From contig CM060732.1 in assembly GCA_030704615.1 (NCBI GenBank), positions 30,380,001 through 30,444,000 of the forward strand: 64,000 bases of DNA. The letters run 5' to 3'. The DNA is from Takakia lepidozioides (Eukaryota > Plantae > Bryophyta). The translations under genes and the position numbers were made by a program. Shown piece by piece: positions 26,701 to 38,892 of the stretch (the first letter of the stretch is position 1; every line of letters begins with the position of its first letter). The notes beneath the pieces were generated by a model. It worked only from the letters and a program-made list of their open reading frames with translations. It was not told where the DNA came from and did no database searches.

Positions 26701-27134
26701 ACTGCGATAAAACTTTGCACTAAGATCCCACTTACGGTCAGTCTGTGGAAGTCTTAAATGGATTTTGAACCTGAAAGCTTACGAGTTCTTTTATTTTTGG
26801 TTCCTTTCAGTTTAGAAGTACAAATCTTCCTAGGTTGTGAAAACAACTCTGGCAAGACCAGGTGGAGAAAAAATGCTTGACTGCATGAGCATTTGCTCCC
26901 ATATCACAACAGCTAGTCAGATACAGGAGGCTCACGATCTATCACCTGCATGTCTCTTCTGGCCCAGGGCATCACTCCATCATCAAGTTTCCTTCCTAAT
27001 TGAGTGCACTGACCTTTACCAATCCTTTCTAAGTCTGCAGAGAGATCAAGCATCACATGCAAGCTTAGTGGATGAAGTCATTATTCTCATCTATTGGATA
27101 CAATCGTAACAGATAAAGAGTGACCATATAGTTC

Positions 27135-28616
27135 CTATGTCGTAAGAAGCCTAATCTCATCCTCAAAACCCTCCTGAATTGACCTGGATGGAGACACCCC
27201 AGGATCTTCATTGGGCAGGCTCGGCAGATCTGAACTGACCACAAATTTGAACAATCTCTTCTTCTTCATAACCTGCATTGCTGGATATAAGATAAATCCT
27301 AACAGTGAGACCACCATGCTAAACACGATGGTTTTTAGCGATGCAATCCACATGATAATTATAAGCAGTGCTGATGCTGGCAGCAGCATCACTGTGACAC
27401 CCATAGTGCTAAGAGGAATTCGGAAGGGGCGCAACAGATTGGGTTGCTTCATTCGGAGCCAGATAAAGGCCGCAAATTCAAGAAGCATTCCAAAGCAATA
27501 CAGGAAATTGAGAAACTCAACAATCTCTTGGAAGGTCATCCAGGATAGCAAAATGACACCCATTGCTGAACAGAGGATGCCCAACAGGGGTGTTCCATGC
27601 TTGGAGCGGTAAGCAAACACTTCAGGCAGCATCCCCATCTCTCCCATACCTAGCAGTTGGAAGGAATCACTGCTCATTTCTGCCTCAAACAAGCCCATAT
27701 TGGAGAGTGCAGCAGCTATTTCTATCCACCACTTCAAGCCCAAACCCCCAATTGCAAATGCAATATCTGCCAAATAACCATCCTCCCACTTACTCTTGTC
27801 AAGTTCAATTGCCCCAGTGCCTGCAAGTAGAGGGAGAATGTATGAAAACACTACCAATACAACAGCCCACAGAAGGGCCTTGGGAAGGGCCTTGCAAGGC
27901 TTGTCCACTTCACCTGCCAAAGTGCTTATTGAATCCCAATAGTTGAGATTCCAAAACAGTGTATTCAGGTACCCGCGCCAGTTGGTGTTGTTCAGATCCA
28001 CCACCCACCATCTGCGCGCCTCTATCTTGGGAATTGCTAGGATGCTCAGGACACAAAAAGGAAGAAGCGAGAAGGCTGTGAGTGCAACCGCTGTTAATCC
28101 TACAATTGTGAGTCCTCTGTAATTCAGATAGGTGAGACCAAATGTAGTGATGAGCAGGGCAGCTAACCGAACCGGTCCCTGTGCGAACACAGGAAGTCCA
28201 CGCTTGAGATAGTCCAGAAACAACACTGGATACAGAGCATTGTCAATCACACCACTTGTCCACTTCCACCATCCCTCCTGGAATCCCCAGAAGGGCCCAA
28301 AGGCTGCTGATATCCACACCACATACCCTCCATTCTCAGGATAAGTGGTTGCCAATTCTGCAGTCACCAGTGCCTCTGGAATGCACCATATGAAGGGGAA
28401 GATAAGAAATCCCAACAATGCCAATAGAGGCCCCCCTGACTTCACTGAATCTTCCACGCCAAAGGGACCTCCTGACACTTCATAGAAGATGAGAGCAACC
28501 AATGGTAGCATTGACAGCTTTGGTCGTTGTGGTTGCTGCCAGGACTTCGGAGAGTCTGCATTTGGTGGTGAGTCTGTGCTGGTATCACAGCGGGGGCAGG
28601 GTCGGGGTTCCCCCAT
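27135..28616 (-). CDS. Polyamine transporter (PUT/LAT/RMV1 family, APC superfamily), single coding exon
   Basis: '[18 protein letters not shown]', '[21 protein letters not shown]', 'LFWNLNYWD', '[14 protein letters not shown]'. Intact ORF of ~493 aa from the ATG at 28616. Confidence 0.95.
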   Translation of the reverse strand: MGEPRPCPRCDTSTDSPPNADSPKSWQQPQRPKLSMLPLVALIFYEVSGGPFGVEDSVKSGGPLLALLGFLIFPFIWCIPEALVTAELATTYPENGGYVVWISAAFGPFWGFQEGWWKWTSGVIDNALYPVLFLDYLKRGLPVFAQGPVRLAALLITTFGLTYLNYRGLTIVGLTAVALTAFSLLPFCVLSILAIPKIEARRWWVVDLNNTNWRGYLNTLFWNLNYWDSISTLAGEVDKPCKALPKALLWAVVLVVFSYILPLLAGTGAIELDKSKWEDGYLADIAFAIGGLGLKWWIEIAAALSNMGLFEAEMSSDSFQLLGMGEMGMLPEVFAYRSKHGTPLLGILCSAMGVILLSWMTFQEIVEFLNFLYCFGMLLEFAAFIWLRMKQPNLLRPFRIPLSTMGVTVMLLPASALLIIIMWIASLKTIVFSMVVSLLGFILYPAMQVMKKKRLFKFVVSSDLPSLPNEDPGVSPSRSIQEGFEDEIRLLTT

Positions 28617-30675
28617 CAAATGCTCTGTTTTTACTTACCTGAGGGGTATTTTCAAGAGATGGGAAAGAGGTGGCTGTGAATGCCAGCAGCATGATGACGA
28701 ATGCAAACTATTGATCTTCAGAGTTACTACGTTCATGTGCCTCAGCAGGGACCTGATGGTGATGGGGCAGGCCACCATAGCCTAGAGTGGGGTCTCAGTC
28801 AAGGGCGGGTGCATGACTGGCCTTCACAACATTTTACATGTTACTACCATTTATGGCCTCCGTGACATGCTCCCTGCTCGATTGCTCCACATGTCCACAA
28901 GTTGCTGTCTGGATGACCAGGCCTTTTTGCTTTTGTTCTCAACAACAATTGCATGACTAACCCTCTGAACTTTCTTCTCGTCAAAGTTTGCATGACTAGC
29001 ATTTTTGCTTTCCTTTTCATCTTCATGCACTTCACCATCCAACTGGCTCCCTCTTGTCAGCTTGTGTGCAGCCTTCACATCCACCCACTGCACATTCAAT
29101 TCACCATGTTAATGAGCATCTAACAACTATATTCTTTTGTGAGGGAAGGTTTAGGTCTGGCATGGAGTCAAACCCTTTCCTATCCCCAAAATCCTATGTT
29201 GCAATCAAGTTAAGTTTGTTTTGAGCAAGACTCATTCACGATGAAGCCATAGGTCTGGTAGATAATGAGACGTCCAATCAGAGAGGGTTTGCATTTGATT
29301 CATGAGAACAGCTGCCAAATCTGCTGAAATGAGCATCATCCTGAGATCATAAGCTTGGTCTTGCAAGTGCAAGCTCCCTTGGCGTATGATTTTTGATGTT
29401 TTTAAGTCATTTTTCAGACTTGAACCTACATAAATTTCACTCTCTTCAGCCTGAAGTTAATGCACACATACCATGCTTGGGAGTATGAAAGCGCTCCCTA
29501 CTTGGGCATGATGGACCATCACCTTGAAGTTTAAGGGATTGGCAGTAATATCATAGTTACGTTGTTGAAAGGAGCTTTCTCGGAAGCAATTCCAAGTCTT
29601 GAAAAGATTGGCATGGGTCAGCCAAACTTTCAATATGGCCAGGGCGTGTTGCCTGAATCCTTGCCCATGTACCATGTTTGAACATTGTCGCCTGTCTCAT
29701 AATGACGGGAAAGAAGTGCATTGCAAGTTTCAGAATGAGAAAACTTCAAGCACATTTCAGGCGTTCAATACCACAATAGTTCCCTCGCTTCGTTCCAGAC
29801 CTGGATGGAAGGCCTGCTGAGTGTGCTTTATCACGAAGAACTTGCTATATGAGTAGGGCTCTAACGTGGCATTGAAAGGTGTCAGTGGTATATTCCCGTA
29901 TCTAAGGTGGGCCACCATTAAGATTCCACTCGGGGAGGTATCGTAGACAAGAGGAGATTAGACTGCAATAGGAGAGACAGTTTGGCGAGGTGTGAGCACG
30001 CCCCACATCACATTAATATATATAAGCAGCTTTGCTGAAGGTCAAGAAGACTCGAATTGGGAGCAATTTGAACCCAGTCCGATTCCATATTTTTGTTGTT
30101 GCTAAGACAAGGAAGATTGAAGCTACTTAGACCCACAAAAAGGAAGTACGAATAGAACACAGGGTGCGCATCGGGTATTGTGATCTGGCAGCTGGGCTCT
30201 GGAATCAGTGTCCGAACGAACGTATGCTTCCTTCGTCATAACCTTTGTTAGAGAACTATAAGATATTCTGTAGTGACATACAGCTTTACTTACCTGCAGT
30301 TCGATCTTCAGGTACGAGTGCTCCTCGGGAAACTTTCCATCTCTACAGAGACCACCACCAAACTTCCGGAAGAGTCAAGCCCTGAGAAAGTATCCAAAAG
30401 AAAGTGATAAAACTAAAAATTCACAAAGCAGAAGACCTATTCACAGAGAAGGAAGCATACTTACGGGTGGGAGAAATCCATGAAAATGTCAAAAGTTGAG
30501 AGCACGAGAGAGAGAGAGAGAGAGAGAGATGGTGGAAGTTAGTTATGCGAACACACCACTTGGGAATCTTGGTAACGATTTTGCATCGTACTTTAGTGCT
30601 TCAGTGAAAACCTGTAGTTAACGGGAAAAGGAAGAACGATTGAGTTATAGCAACGGCAATACCACGAGACGCGTA

Positions 30676-30835
30676 GGGAATTCCAAAAAGGCCTTATGTG
30701 AAATGCATCGCATTTCACTTGATCACCCCCTAAAAGTGCGCAATTCAATTGAACCAACCCTAATTTGTAATTCAATTGAATTGTAATCTATAATTTTTAA
30801 CTTATTTCTGTATATAATATATATGTATATATTTA
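30676..30835 (+). repeat. Left terminal inverted repeat
   Basis: Reverse complement of ~56910-57155. Contains palindromic AATTCAATTGAATT units. Confidence 0.9.
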
Positions 30836-31060
30836 AATGGAAGATAATAGGAATAATGTAAGAACTTAATGCAAGCGCGTCAGGACGGTCCAGCCCTGAC
30901 ACCCGTACCACCGGTTCTTCGCCTCTGGCAGACATCGAAAGGCAGCCGGCTGGGCTTGGTCAATCCCTCCCCACCCCCGCCCTCATCCCATCGGCGTCGT
31001 CGCCCCATGCGTCGTCGTTCAGCGTCACCAGTCCGCCGCTTCCAGCAGTCCGCCAGTTCC

Positions 31061-33397
31061 CTGTAACCCCCGCCCCGGGTTCAACCATCACCCCCATGTA
31101 ACCCTCTGTAACTCCGCCGAGTGTAACCCACACCACCATGTAACCCTCTGTAACCCATATAACCCCATGACCCTCTGTAACCCTCACCACCATGTAACCC
31201 TCTGTAACCCATGTAACCCTCTATAATATCGCAGAGTGTCACCCCCACCCCTATGTAACCCTCACTACATGTAACCCTCTATAACCCATGTAACCCTCTA
31301 TAATACCGCAGAGTGTCACCCCCACCCCTATGTAACCCTCACTACATGTAACCCTCTGTAACACCGCAGAGTGTAACCCTCACTCCATGTAACCCTTTGT
31401 AACCCTTTGTAACCCATGTAATCCTCTGTGACCCTCTGTAACCCATGTAACCCTCTGTGACCCCTTGTAACCCTCACCACCATGTAACCCTCTGTAACAC
31501 CGCAGAGTGTCACCCTCACCCCTATGTAACCCTCACTCCATGTAACCCTCTTTGACCCTCTGTAACCCTCACCACCATGTAACCCTCTGTAACCTTCTGT
31601 GACCCTCTATATCCCTCACCAGGTGTAACCCTTACCACCATGTAACCCTCTGTAACACCGCAGAGTGTCACCCTCGCCACCATGTAACCCTCCGTAACCC
31701 TCACAAACCCTCTGTGACACCGTAGAGTGTCACCCTCATCCCATGTAACCCTCACAAACCCTCTGTGGCTCTGTAACCCATGTAACCCTCTGTAACACCG
31801 CAGAGTGTCGCCCTCACCCCTTATGTAACCCTCACTCCATGTAACCCTCTGTAACCCATGTAACCCTCTGTGACCTTTTGTAATCGTCACCACCATGTAA
31901 CCCTCTGTAACACCGCAGAGTGTCACCCTCACCCCTATGTAACCCTCATTCCATGTAACCCTCTCTGACCCTCTTTAACCCTTACCACCATGTAACCCTC
32001 TGTAACCCATGTAACCCTCTGTGACCCTCTATATCCCTCACCAGGTGTAACCCTTACCACCATGTAACCCTCTGTAACACCGCAAAGTGTCACCCTCGCC
32101 ACCATGTAACCCTCACTCCATGTAACCCTCACAAACCCTCTGTGACACCGCAGAGTGTCACCCTCATCCCCATGTAACCCTCACAAACCCTCTGTGGCTC
32201 TGTAACCCATGTAACCCTCTGTAACACCGCGAAGTGTCACCCTCACCCCTTATGTAACCCTCACTCCATGTAACCCTCTATAACCCATGTAACCCTCTGT
32301 GACCTTTTGTAATCCTCATCACCATGTAACCTTCTGTAACACCGCAGAGTGTCACCCTCACCCCTATGTAACCCTCATTCCATGTAACCCTCTCTGACCC
32401 TCTGTAACCCTCACCACCATGTAACCCTCTGTAACCCATGTAACCCTCTGTGACCCTCTATATCCCTCACCAGGTGTGACCCTTACCACCATGTAACCCT
32501 CTGTAACACCGCAGAGTGTCACTCTCGCCACCATGTAACCCTCACTCCATGTAACCCTCACAAACCCTCTGTGGCTCTGTAACCCATGTAACCCTCTGTA
32601 ACACCGAAGAGTGTCGCCCTCACCCCTTATGTAACCCTCACTCCATGTAACCCTCTGTGACCCTTTGTAACCCTCACCACCATGTAACCCTCTGTGACCC
32701 TCTATATCCCTCACCAGGTGTAACCCTTACCACCATGTAACCCTCTATAACACCGCAGAGTGTCACCCTCGCCACCATGTAACCCTCCGTAACCCACACA
32801 AACCCTCTGTGACACCGCAGAGTGTCACCCTCATCCCCATGTAACCCTCTGTGACCCTCTATGGCTCTGTAACCCATGTAATCCTCTGTAACACCGTAGA
32901 GTGTCACCCTCACCCCTTATGTAACCCTCACTCCATGTAACCCTCTGTAACCCATGTAACCCTCTGTGACCCTTTGTAACCCTCACCACTATGTAACCCT
33001 CTGTAACACCGCAGAATGTCACCCTCACCCCTATGTAACCTTCTCTGACCCTCTGTAACCCTCTGTAACCCATGTAACCCTATGTGACCCTCTATATCCC
33101 TCACTAGGTGTAACCCTTACCACCATGTAACCCTCTGTAACACCGCATAGTGTCACCCCCATCCCTATGCATCCCTCACTCCTTGTAACCCATGTAATCC
33201 TCTGTGACCCTGTGTAACCCGTGTAACCCTATGTAACCCCATGTAACCCTCACTCCATGTAACCCTCTCTGACCCTCTGTAACCCATGTAACCCTCTGTG
33301 ACCCTCTATAACCCTCACTAGGTGCAACCTTCACCACCATGTAACCCTCATTAACCCTTTGTACACACCGTAGAGTGTTACCCTCACCCTTGTGTAA
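31061..33397 (+). repeat. Left subterminal satellite (CCATGTAACCCT / CTGTAACACCGCAGAGTGTCACCCT modules)
   Basis: ~2.3 kb of short, shuffled modules built on the GTAACCC core. Confidence 0.95.
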
Positions 33398-35956
33398 CAA
33401 TCGCAAGCTTGTCGGCAATGTTTCTCATGTCGTACTCGAACAAGAAACAATCGCGACTCCACTCCATGCCTGGCTGAGACGCACAAGCTTCCTGGAGCTG
33501 TTGAGTGTGTTGTGTCATAATCATAGCTGGAGATAGGCCACTGCGAAGACTGTCGACGATCCACTGTTTCATATCTTGGCTGAGACGAGGGGCATGCACG
33601 AATCGCGAGAAATGGGAAGAGGGGTCAGCAAATGCACAAAGTGTACGTATGTGGGTCGATAGCAATCCTTGAAGTGTCTTCTTCTACCATGAAGAGACAG
33701 CGCCAGTGGCGGGTGATTTGAAGTTCGTAATTGGAATACAAACGGAGTGGCAAAAACAGAAAATGATCGACCTGGGACACAACCGTGTGGTATCCTGCGA
33801 TGCAACATTTGGGACCAACGAAAATAAGGTATTCGTGTCACGCTTTACCTTTCATTGCATTCTGAAATGTGAGTGCCATGCAACTGTTGCCAATATTATA
33901 ACACTCACCTTATTCATTTTTGTACCATTGCGACATTGCAGTTCCCAATGTATACCATGATGGTGTTCGACGAATGACTCAACGGCATACCTGTTGCTTA
34001 TATTATATCAGCGAGAAACAAAACGACTGACCTGAGCCCCTGGATGAAACGTCTTCGCAACCGACTTCTTCAGAGCAAACCAGATTGGAGGCCAAATGCT
34101 TTTGTTGTCGACGATGCAGACGCAGAAATCAATGCTATCAGGTACACGGCTAGAAGTTACAATGTTCTGAGTCATACAGTAATTCACACTACAAGTTGCA
34201 TGTACGAGGGGTTTCATGGATCGGGCTACACTGCTGCTAGTTACACTGAGAATCACAGTAAGAGTTAAACTGCCAGTTACACGAGGGGGTGCATTGCTGC
34301 CTGTAACACTTGGAGTTACACTGTCAGTTGCTTGAGGGGTTGCAATGGTGTCTGTTACATTGAGGGTTACACTATCAGTTAGACAGATGGTTATACTGCC
34401 TTGAGTTGGACGGAGGGTTACACTGCTGTGAGTTAGACCGAGGGTTACACTGGGAGTTACACGGCATGTCATCCGCAGTCCTGCATGGATAAGGTTGCAC
34501 TGCTATAGCCTGTGAATTACACTGGGAGCATCGCAGAGGGTTGTTGGGTCGCTCTGAGAGTTACACGGTGTAACATGGATTGCGTTACAGTGCTGCGAGG
34601 GGTTATATGTGTTGGGTTACACTGCTGTGAGTTTCACTGATAGTTACATGACCGGATGCACGAGGGGTTACATGAGTCACACTACTAAGAGTGACACTTT
34701 GAAGAGTTACACTTCTACGAGTTACACTGCGAAGAGTTCCTCTGATAAGAGTTACACTGACAAGAGTTACACTGATGGATTGGGTGGCATTAGATGTGTG
34801 TGCGTGCAGGGAATCGTTTGGGGACGTAGCGATATTTCTATGCCTTTGGTATGTTCGCCGCGCTTGGCTGAAACATTCGTGGCGTAAGATGCCCGATCCA
34901 TACACTCGCAATGCTGTTTTGAAACAGCTTGGCGACGTAATGTACGGCATTAACGCCTGTGTGGGAGTCACCCCAGAAGAGTGGGCGCTGGAGCGACTGG
35001 AAGATTTGAATTATTCCTATCCGCTTGCGCGTGACTTCCTACATTACATCAGAATGGAATGGGTCCCAAAACTGAGCATGTGGATCACGGGGGCTCGTTA
35101 TATTCCCCACGCAAGTCAGGATACTAATGCCGCAATTGAATCTTGGCACGGAAATTTGAAAGCTCGTTTACGCTCGGGAAAGCAAAGGCTTGATGGCAGG
35201 AGAATCGATTGGCTGATCAGCGAACTCGTGGGTCCTGTTCTAACCCACTATTGGTATAGAGATAACTTGAAATCGAAAGGCTTCAAAAGGAATGTACGAC
35301 AAGAGGAATTTATCAGTAATGCTGTTTGGACTGCAAGGGAGATCCCTGATGTCAATGTTCATTTGCCCACTGTTCCTGGTCATCCGGCGATTGTGGATAG
35401 TGTTCAAACGGCCGGTCGAAGCTACACAATCTATGCACCTGTGACCACCTGGGCTTGTTGCGATTGTCCATGGGCTTTGAAGGGTAACTTGTGCAAACAT
35501 CAAATCCGCGTTCTTCAATTGATGAAGCCAAATCTGAAGGAAGGGCTTATTGTGAAGCTCTGTGGCACAAAGCTCGGGACCATTCATGGAGGTCTTCACA
35601 TGTTGATGAAATCGGAACTTCTAGATATTGATGCAGAGGAGGAAGTTGTGAATCTAGCAGAGCCTACGGAGTGCTCAGCATCATCCCAGCGTGGTCGGCA
35701 GGAGCCATCGGATGTTTCATCAATTGAATCTGAGATGAAGTCCCTGTCGCTTCTTGGCAATGAGAGTGAAACAATGCGCAAATATCTGCTTGCCGAGCTT
35801 CGTTGTGTTCGTGGGAGGCTGTCCACTTTACAAGTTAGAATCGACAAATGTCTGTTGCACCCTCTTCAAGCAGTTCCATTCATAAAAAATGATGATGGAA
35901 ACAACATGTCCCTTGCCAGGAAAGTAGATTTTGTAGACCGGTTCTGTAGTAAGTGA
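33392..35956 (+). pseudogene. MULE transposase with SWIM zinc finger; 5' part lost, 33392-33628 inverted
   Basis: 'AQSVRMWV..NP', 'FVIGIQTEWQ', 'SCDATFGTN', 'GIPVAYII', 'FVVDDADAE', 'LCLWYVRRAW', 'TNAAIESWH', SWIM 'CDCPWALKGNLCKH'. In-frame TGA codons near 33670 and 33975. Confidence 0.88.
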
Positions 35957-36276
35957 CCATTGAGTCCATTGGCAATGACACTTATTTTGTGATCACCAAG
36001 TTTAATATGAAGTACATGTCTGTTCATGGGTTGTTATTCACTTTGCCATTCCATCCACATTCAACCTATGTAACCCACTCAATGGGACACCCATGGGCCG
36101 GGCTGACATACCGCAGGGTTACACCGTCTGGGGTTTCATAACGTAACATAGCTCTACTTAGTGTAACTCGCATCTGTGGTACTCCACACAGTGTAACACA
36201 GATGAGTGTGAACCTCTTCAGTGTAACTCATTGTGGTGTAACTCCAAGTGTAACTGCAATGTAACTATCAACAGTG

Positions 36277-36632
36277 TGTCAAGTTAAATAAGCACAGTGT
36301 GAAAACAGCTAGAATAAAACTAGTTATTTGTATTTAACACTTGGAGTTAGGTCAAGTGTTAAATCAGGTGTCAAGTTTAGTTTGACACCTGGTCTGTCTT
36401 ATCTTCACGAGAGCGGCAGTCGCGCAGCTCATCTCTCTCGAGTTGAGCCTGCGCGACCGAGCTCCTGCATGTGTTTAGGTTTTAGTGTGCTTATGTAGGG
36501 ATACAGGTTGTTGTGGGGTGGAGTCCCCATAGCTTGGGGTGCCCCTGGCTCGACTTCAGTTTCAATGAGTGATAGCGATGGATTTTATATTTCTTGTGTT
36601 GGGAGTGTATGTCCTTTCAAGCTTCTTTATCA
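36277..36632 (+). repeat. 5' terminal repeat, segment B (356 bp)
   Basis: Matches 47861-48212 apart from three small indels. Confidence 0.97.
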
Positions 36633-36649
36633 CTCGAGAGAGATGAGCT
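36633..36649 (+). promoter_or_regulatory. Self-priming primer-binding site
   Basis: CTCGAGAGAGATGAGCT directly after the LTR's terminal CA is the exact reverse complement of LTR 36426-36442. It lacks the TGG start of a tRNA PBS. Confidence 0.85.
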
Positions 36650-36721
36650 CTTACCTGTGAGTGCAAGGTAGGAGTTGTGGGTTAGCACTTGCAAGATTAC
36701 CTGTGTGTAAGTAGTGCTTAG

Positions 36722-36850
36722 TTTGAGAAGCATATCATTGAATGTGATCACAAGATTCAGCGTGCCCTGAAACGCCTGGAGGATGACGATGCCGGAGCCG
36801 CCACTGTTATTGCAGTCGCTAAAGCTACCAAGTCACCAGAGGCTTTGGAG
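36722..36850 (+). pseudogene. LUC7: Captured LUC7-family splicing factor fragment
   Basis: Translates FEKHIIECDHKIQRALKRLEDDDAGAATVIAVAKATKSPE, resembling plant LUC7 'IVECDRKI.RALKRL.EEDAKAA...TQSPE'. Confidence 0.7.
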
Positions 36851-37008
36851 TACACGAGGAGAGACTTAAAAATGCAGCAGCAAATGCTAGTTGGCACCTA
36901 TGCGTGATCCTTGAAGCTGGATGATTGTTTCCCCAGTAAGCTTAGAGAGAAGCTCTACCGTGCAGCATGGAGCAGCGCTGGCAAGCGGTGAACGCTGATA
37001 CCTGCACT

Positions 37009-37109
37009 CTTGCAGTCTTGGAGTCCAAGTTAGGACACAGGGAATATGACCGGTCAACAACCAAGGTGCTGCATTTGATCAACAATCCTGAAGTGGAGGG
37101 AGAATTGCG
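37009..37109 (+). pseudogene. MAD1: Captured MAD1 (spindle checkpoint) fragment
   Basis: LAVLESKLGHREYDRSTTKVLHLINNP resembles the conserved MAD1 'LESKLGHGDY....TKVL.M..N' segment. Confidence 0.6.
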
Positions 37110-37375
37110 ATGGCCGCAGTAGCGCCATCTGCAGCGGAGGTGCGGGCGCTGTTGAGAGGCTTTCTCAGAGAAGCGTGAAGATTTACGCACTATAATGTGC
37201 GGGAGTACGTGAAACGGCGAAGTCGGGAAGCGTTTAAGGACAATTCCGAGCTGTCGGATCTTTCCAGCGTTGTCTCTGCTTTCAACAGGGGAAGCAGCAG
37301 CTGGAATTGACCAGGCGGCAATCGGTTGTGTATTCGTTGTATCAACCTCGAATGACGAGTATAATGGACTTGAAG
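37110..37375 (+). pseudogene. ISD11: Captured near-complete ISD11/LYRM4 copy
   Basis: MAAVAPSAAEVRALLRGFLREA*RFTHYNVREYVKRRSREAFKDN...SAFNRG / (frameshift) QQLELTRRQSVVYSLYQP. One TGA and one frameshift. Confidence 0.85.
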
Positions 37376-37949
37376 ATTCGCAAGGGGGACTCGGACTCAA
37401 GGACTCGATTCTGCTGGGAAGAAAAGGATTTTGGTCTGCAGATTGGATAGTCCATTCCGATTGTACATCCCGCCCGTCAAACTTGCAATAACGTGGAAAG
37501 TTTAGGTTTCAGGCTGTCCTGTGTGCTTGATGTGAAATGGTTGAGTGGAATAGTAAAATCTCTGAGAATGTAACAGGCTCGAGACAAAGTCAAAAGCTGG
37601 ACTCTGCAGGTGAAGGGGAGTTTTCTTCTGGTTTTCTTTCATTTGGTGAGCATGCCGGGAGCGTGGAGGTGTGAGGAGTGGCAGGGCTTTCATCAGTTGC
37701 ATCTTTCTCAGCTGCTGTGTGTTTCACTAGTTGAACATCTTCGAAGCTGAATTACGGCTTAATTGGAAACCCGTACCCTGCTACTTCTGCCTATCAAGGT
37801 TATGGTGGGGGTGGATCAGGGGGGCAGGTGTTCCAGCTCCAGTTGTGTGCATATGTAACCTACCTCCCCGTAATCTCTTTTAGTTCTCCTCTAGGAGAGG
37901 TTACTTACTTGGACTGACAGGACCTGGATCAGTCTGGAAGAAAGTTTGA

Positions 37950-38166
37950 CCTGCGAATAACGTCCGTCCTTGTGATCCTTCTTCCTGTTCAAGAACCAGT
38001 CAGGTATCTTGAACTGCCGGGGATTCGCGACAATCACCATCAAGTTCTCCAGCTCCGCACCCGACAGCTCACCAGCTCTCTTGCTGGTGTCGACGTCCGC
38101 CTTCTTGCAGACCAGGTTAGCGAAACGGCGCCCCACTCCCTTGATGGAGGTCAAAGCAAACATGAT
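37950..38166 (-). pseudogene. RPS18: Captured 40S ribosomal protein S18 fragment (antisense)
   Basis: [68 protein letters not shown]- and C-termini absent. Confidence 0.92.
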
Positions 38167-38892
38167 CGCTACCTGAATTGAGATAGTGCCTTGCCCTATC
38201 GGAGTATGCAGACCTATGCTCCAAGCTTCAACTAAATGACGAAGCTGATTTGGTTACTCTCCACTTTGTGGATAGTCCAACACAGTTGCCTTTGTCAATA
38301 AGCTCCTTCACCACTTCCACATTTGACACTAGGTCCGAAGATTGTCTGAAGAGAGAGCAAGTGCAGATGGCAGCTGCCCACCAGGTTCTGACAGAGTATC
38401 ATCAGGGCTTGTCCCTGCATTAGGGATGGCTCGAGTGCTTGCATCACGGGAAATAGATGCCTGACGCTGCACAGGCCACCACCATCGCCATAGCCATCCA
38501 CCCGAGCTCGAGAGTCGTCGCTGGAGCAAAGCAGCTCACTAAGCGAGCAAGTCTGTGGTGCATCTGTAACCACAAATGAAACCCGGGAACGGTTCTTAAT
38601 GGCGGGAACGTTTTGGTGTTAAAAAAAAAAAAAAAAACTTTGATATAATTTAAATGATTTAGAGCCTGGTTGGTCATAACTTTGTCAAATGGACTCCGTT
38701 TGACTCAGTTTTTGGGTGGATAGCTGCAGAAAGGGGAAATCTACATATCTACACCATGGTTTTTGTTTTGGGGACTCTGCTAAAAATCTGTGGAATTTTT
38801 AGAGTGTGAGTGTGCTATAAAAGATCCACAATTCTGTGTCCAGAATCTGTTGTGGTCTACATGAGACATAAATCTGTGGATGTACTCCATGC

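Noticed and set aside
31061-33397. CRISPR array or true telomere; also the many 'RVT/EGY' ORFs here and at 56.2-56.8 kb
   Set aside because: There are no unique spacers, and the repeat is not TTTAGGG. It is internal and mirrored as a transposon arm. The ORFs are translations of the satellite.
37891-38163. Functional host RPS18 gene
   Set aside because: It is an internal fragment only, has no flanking exons, and lies inside a retrotransposon.
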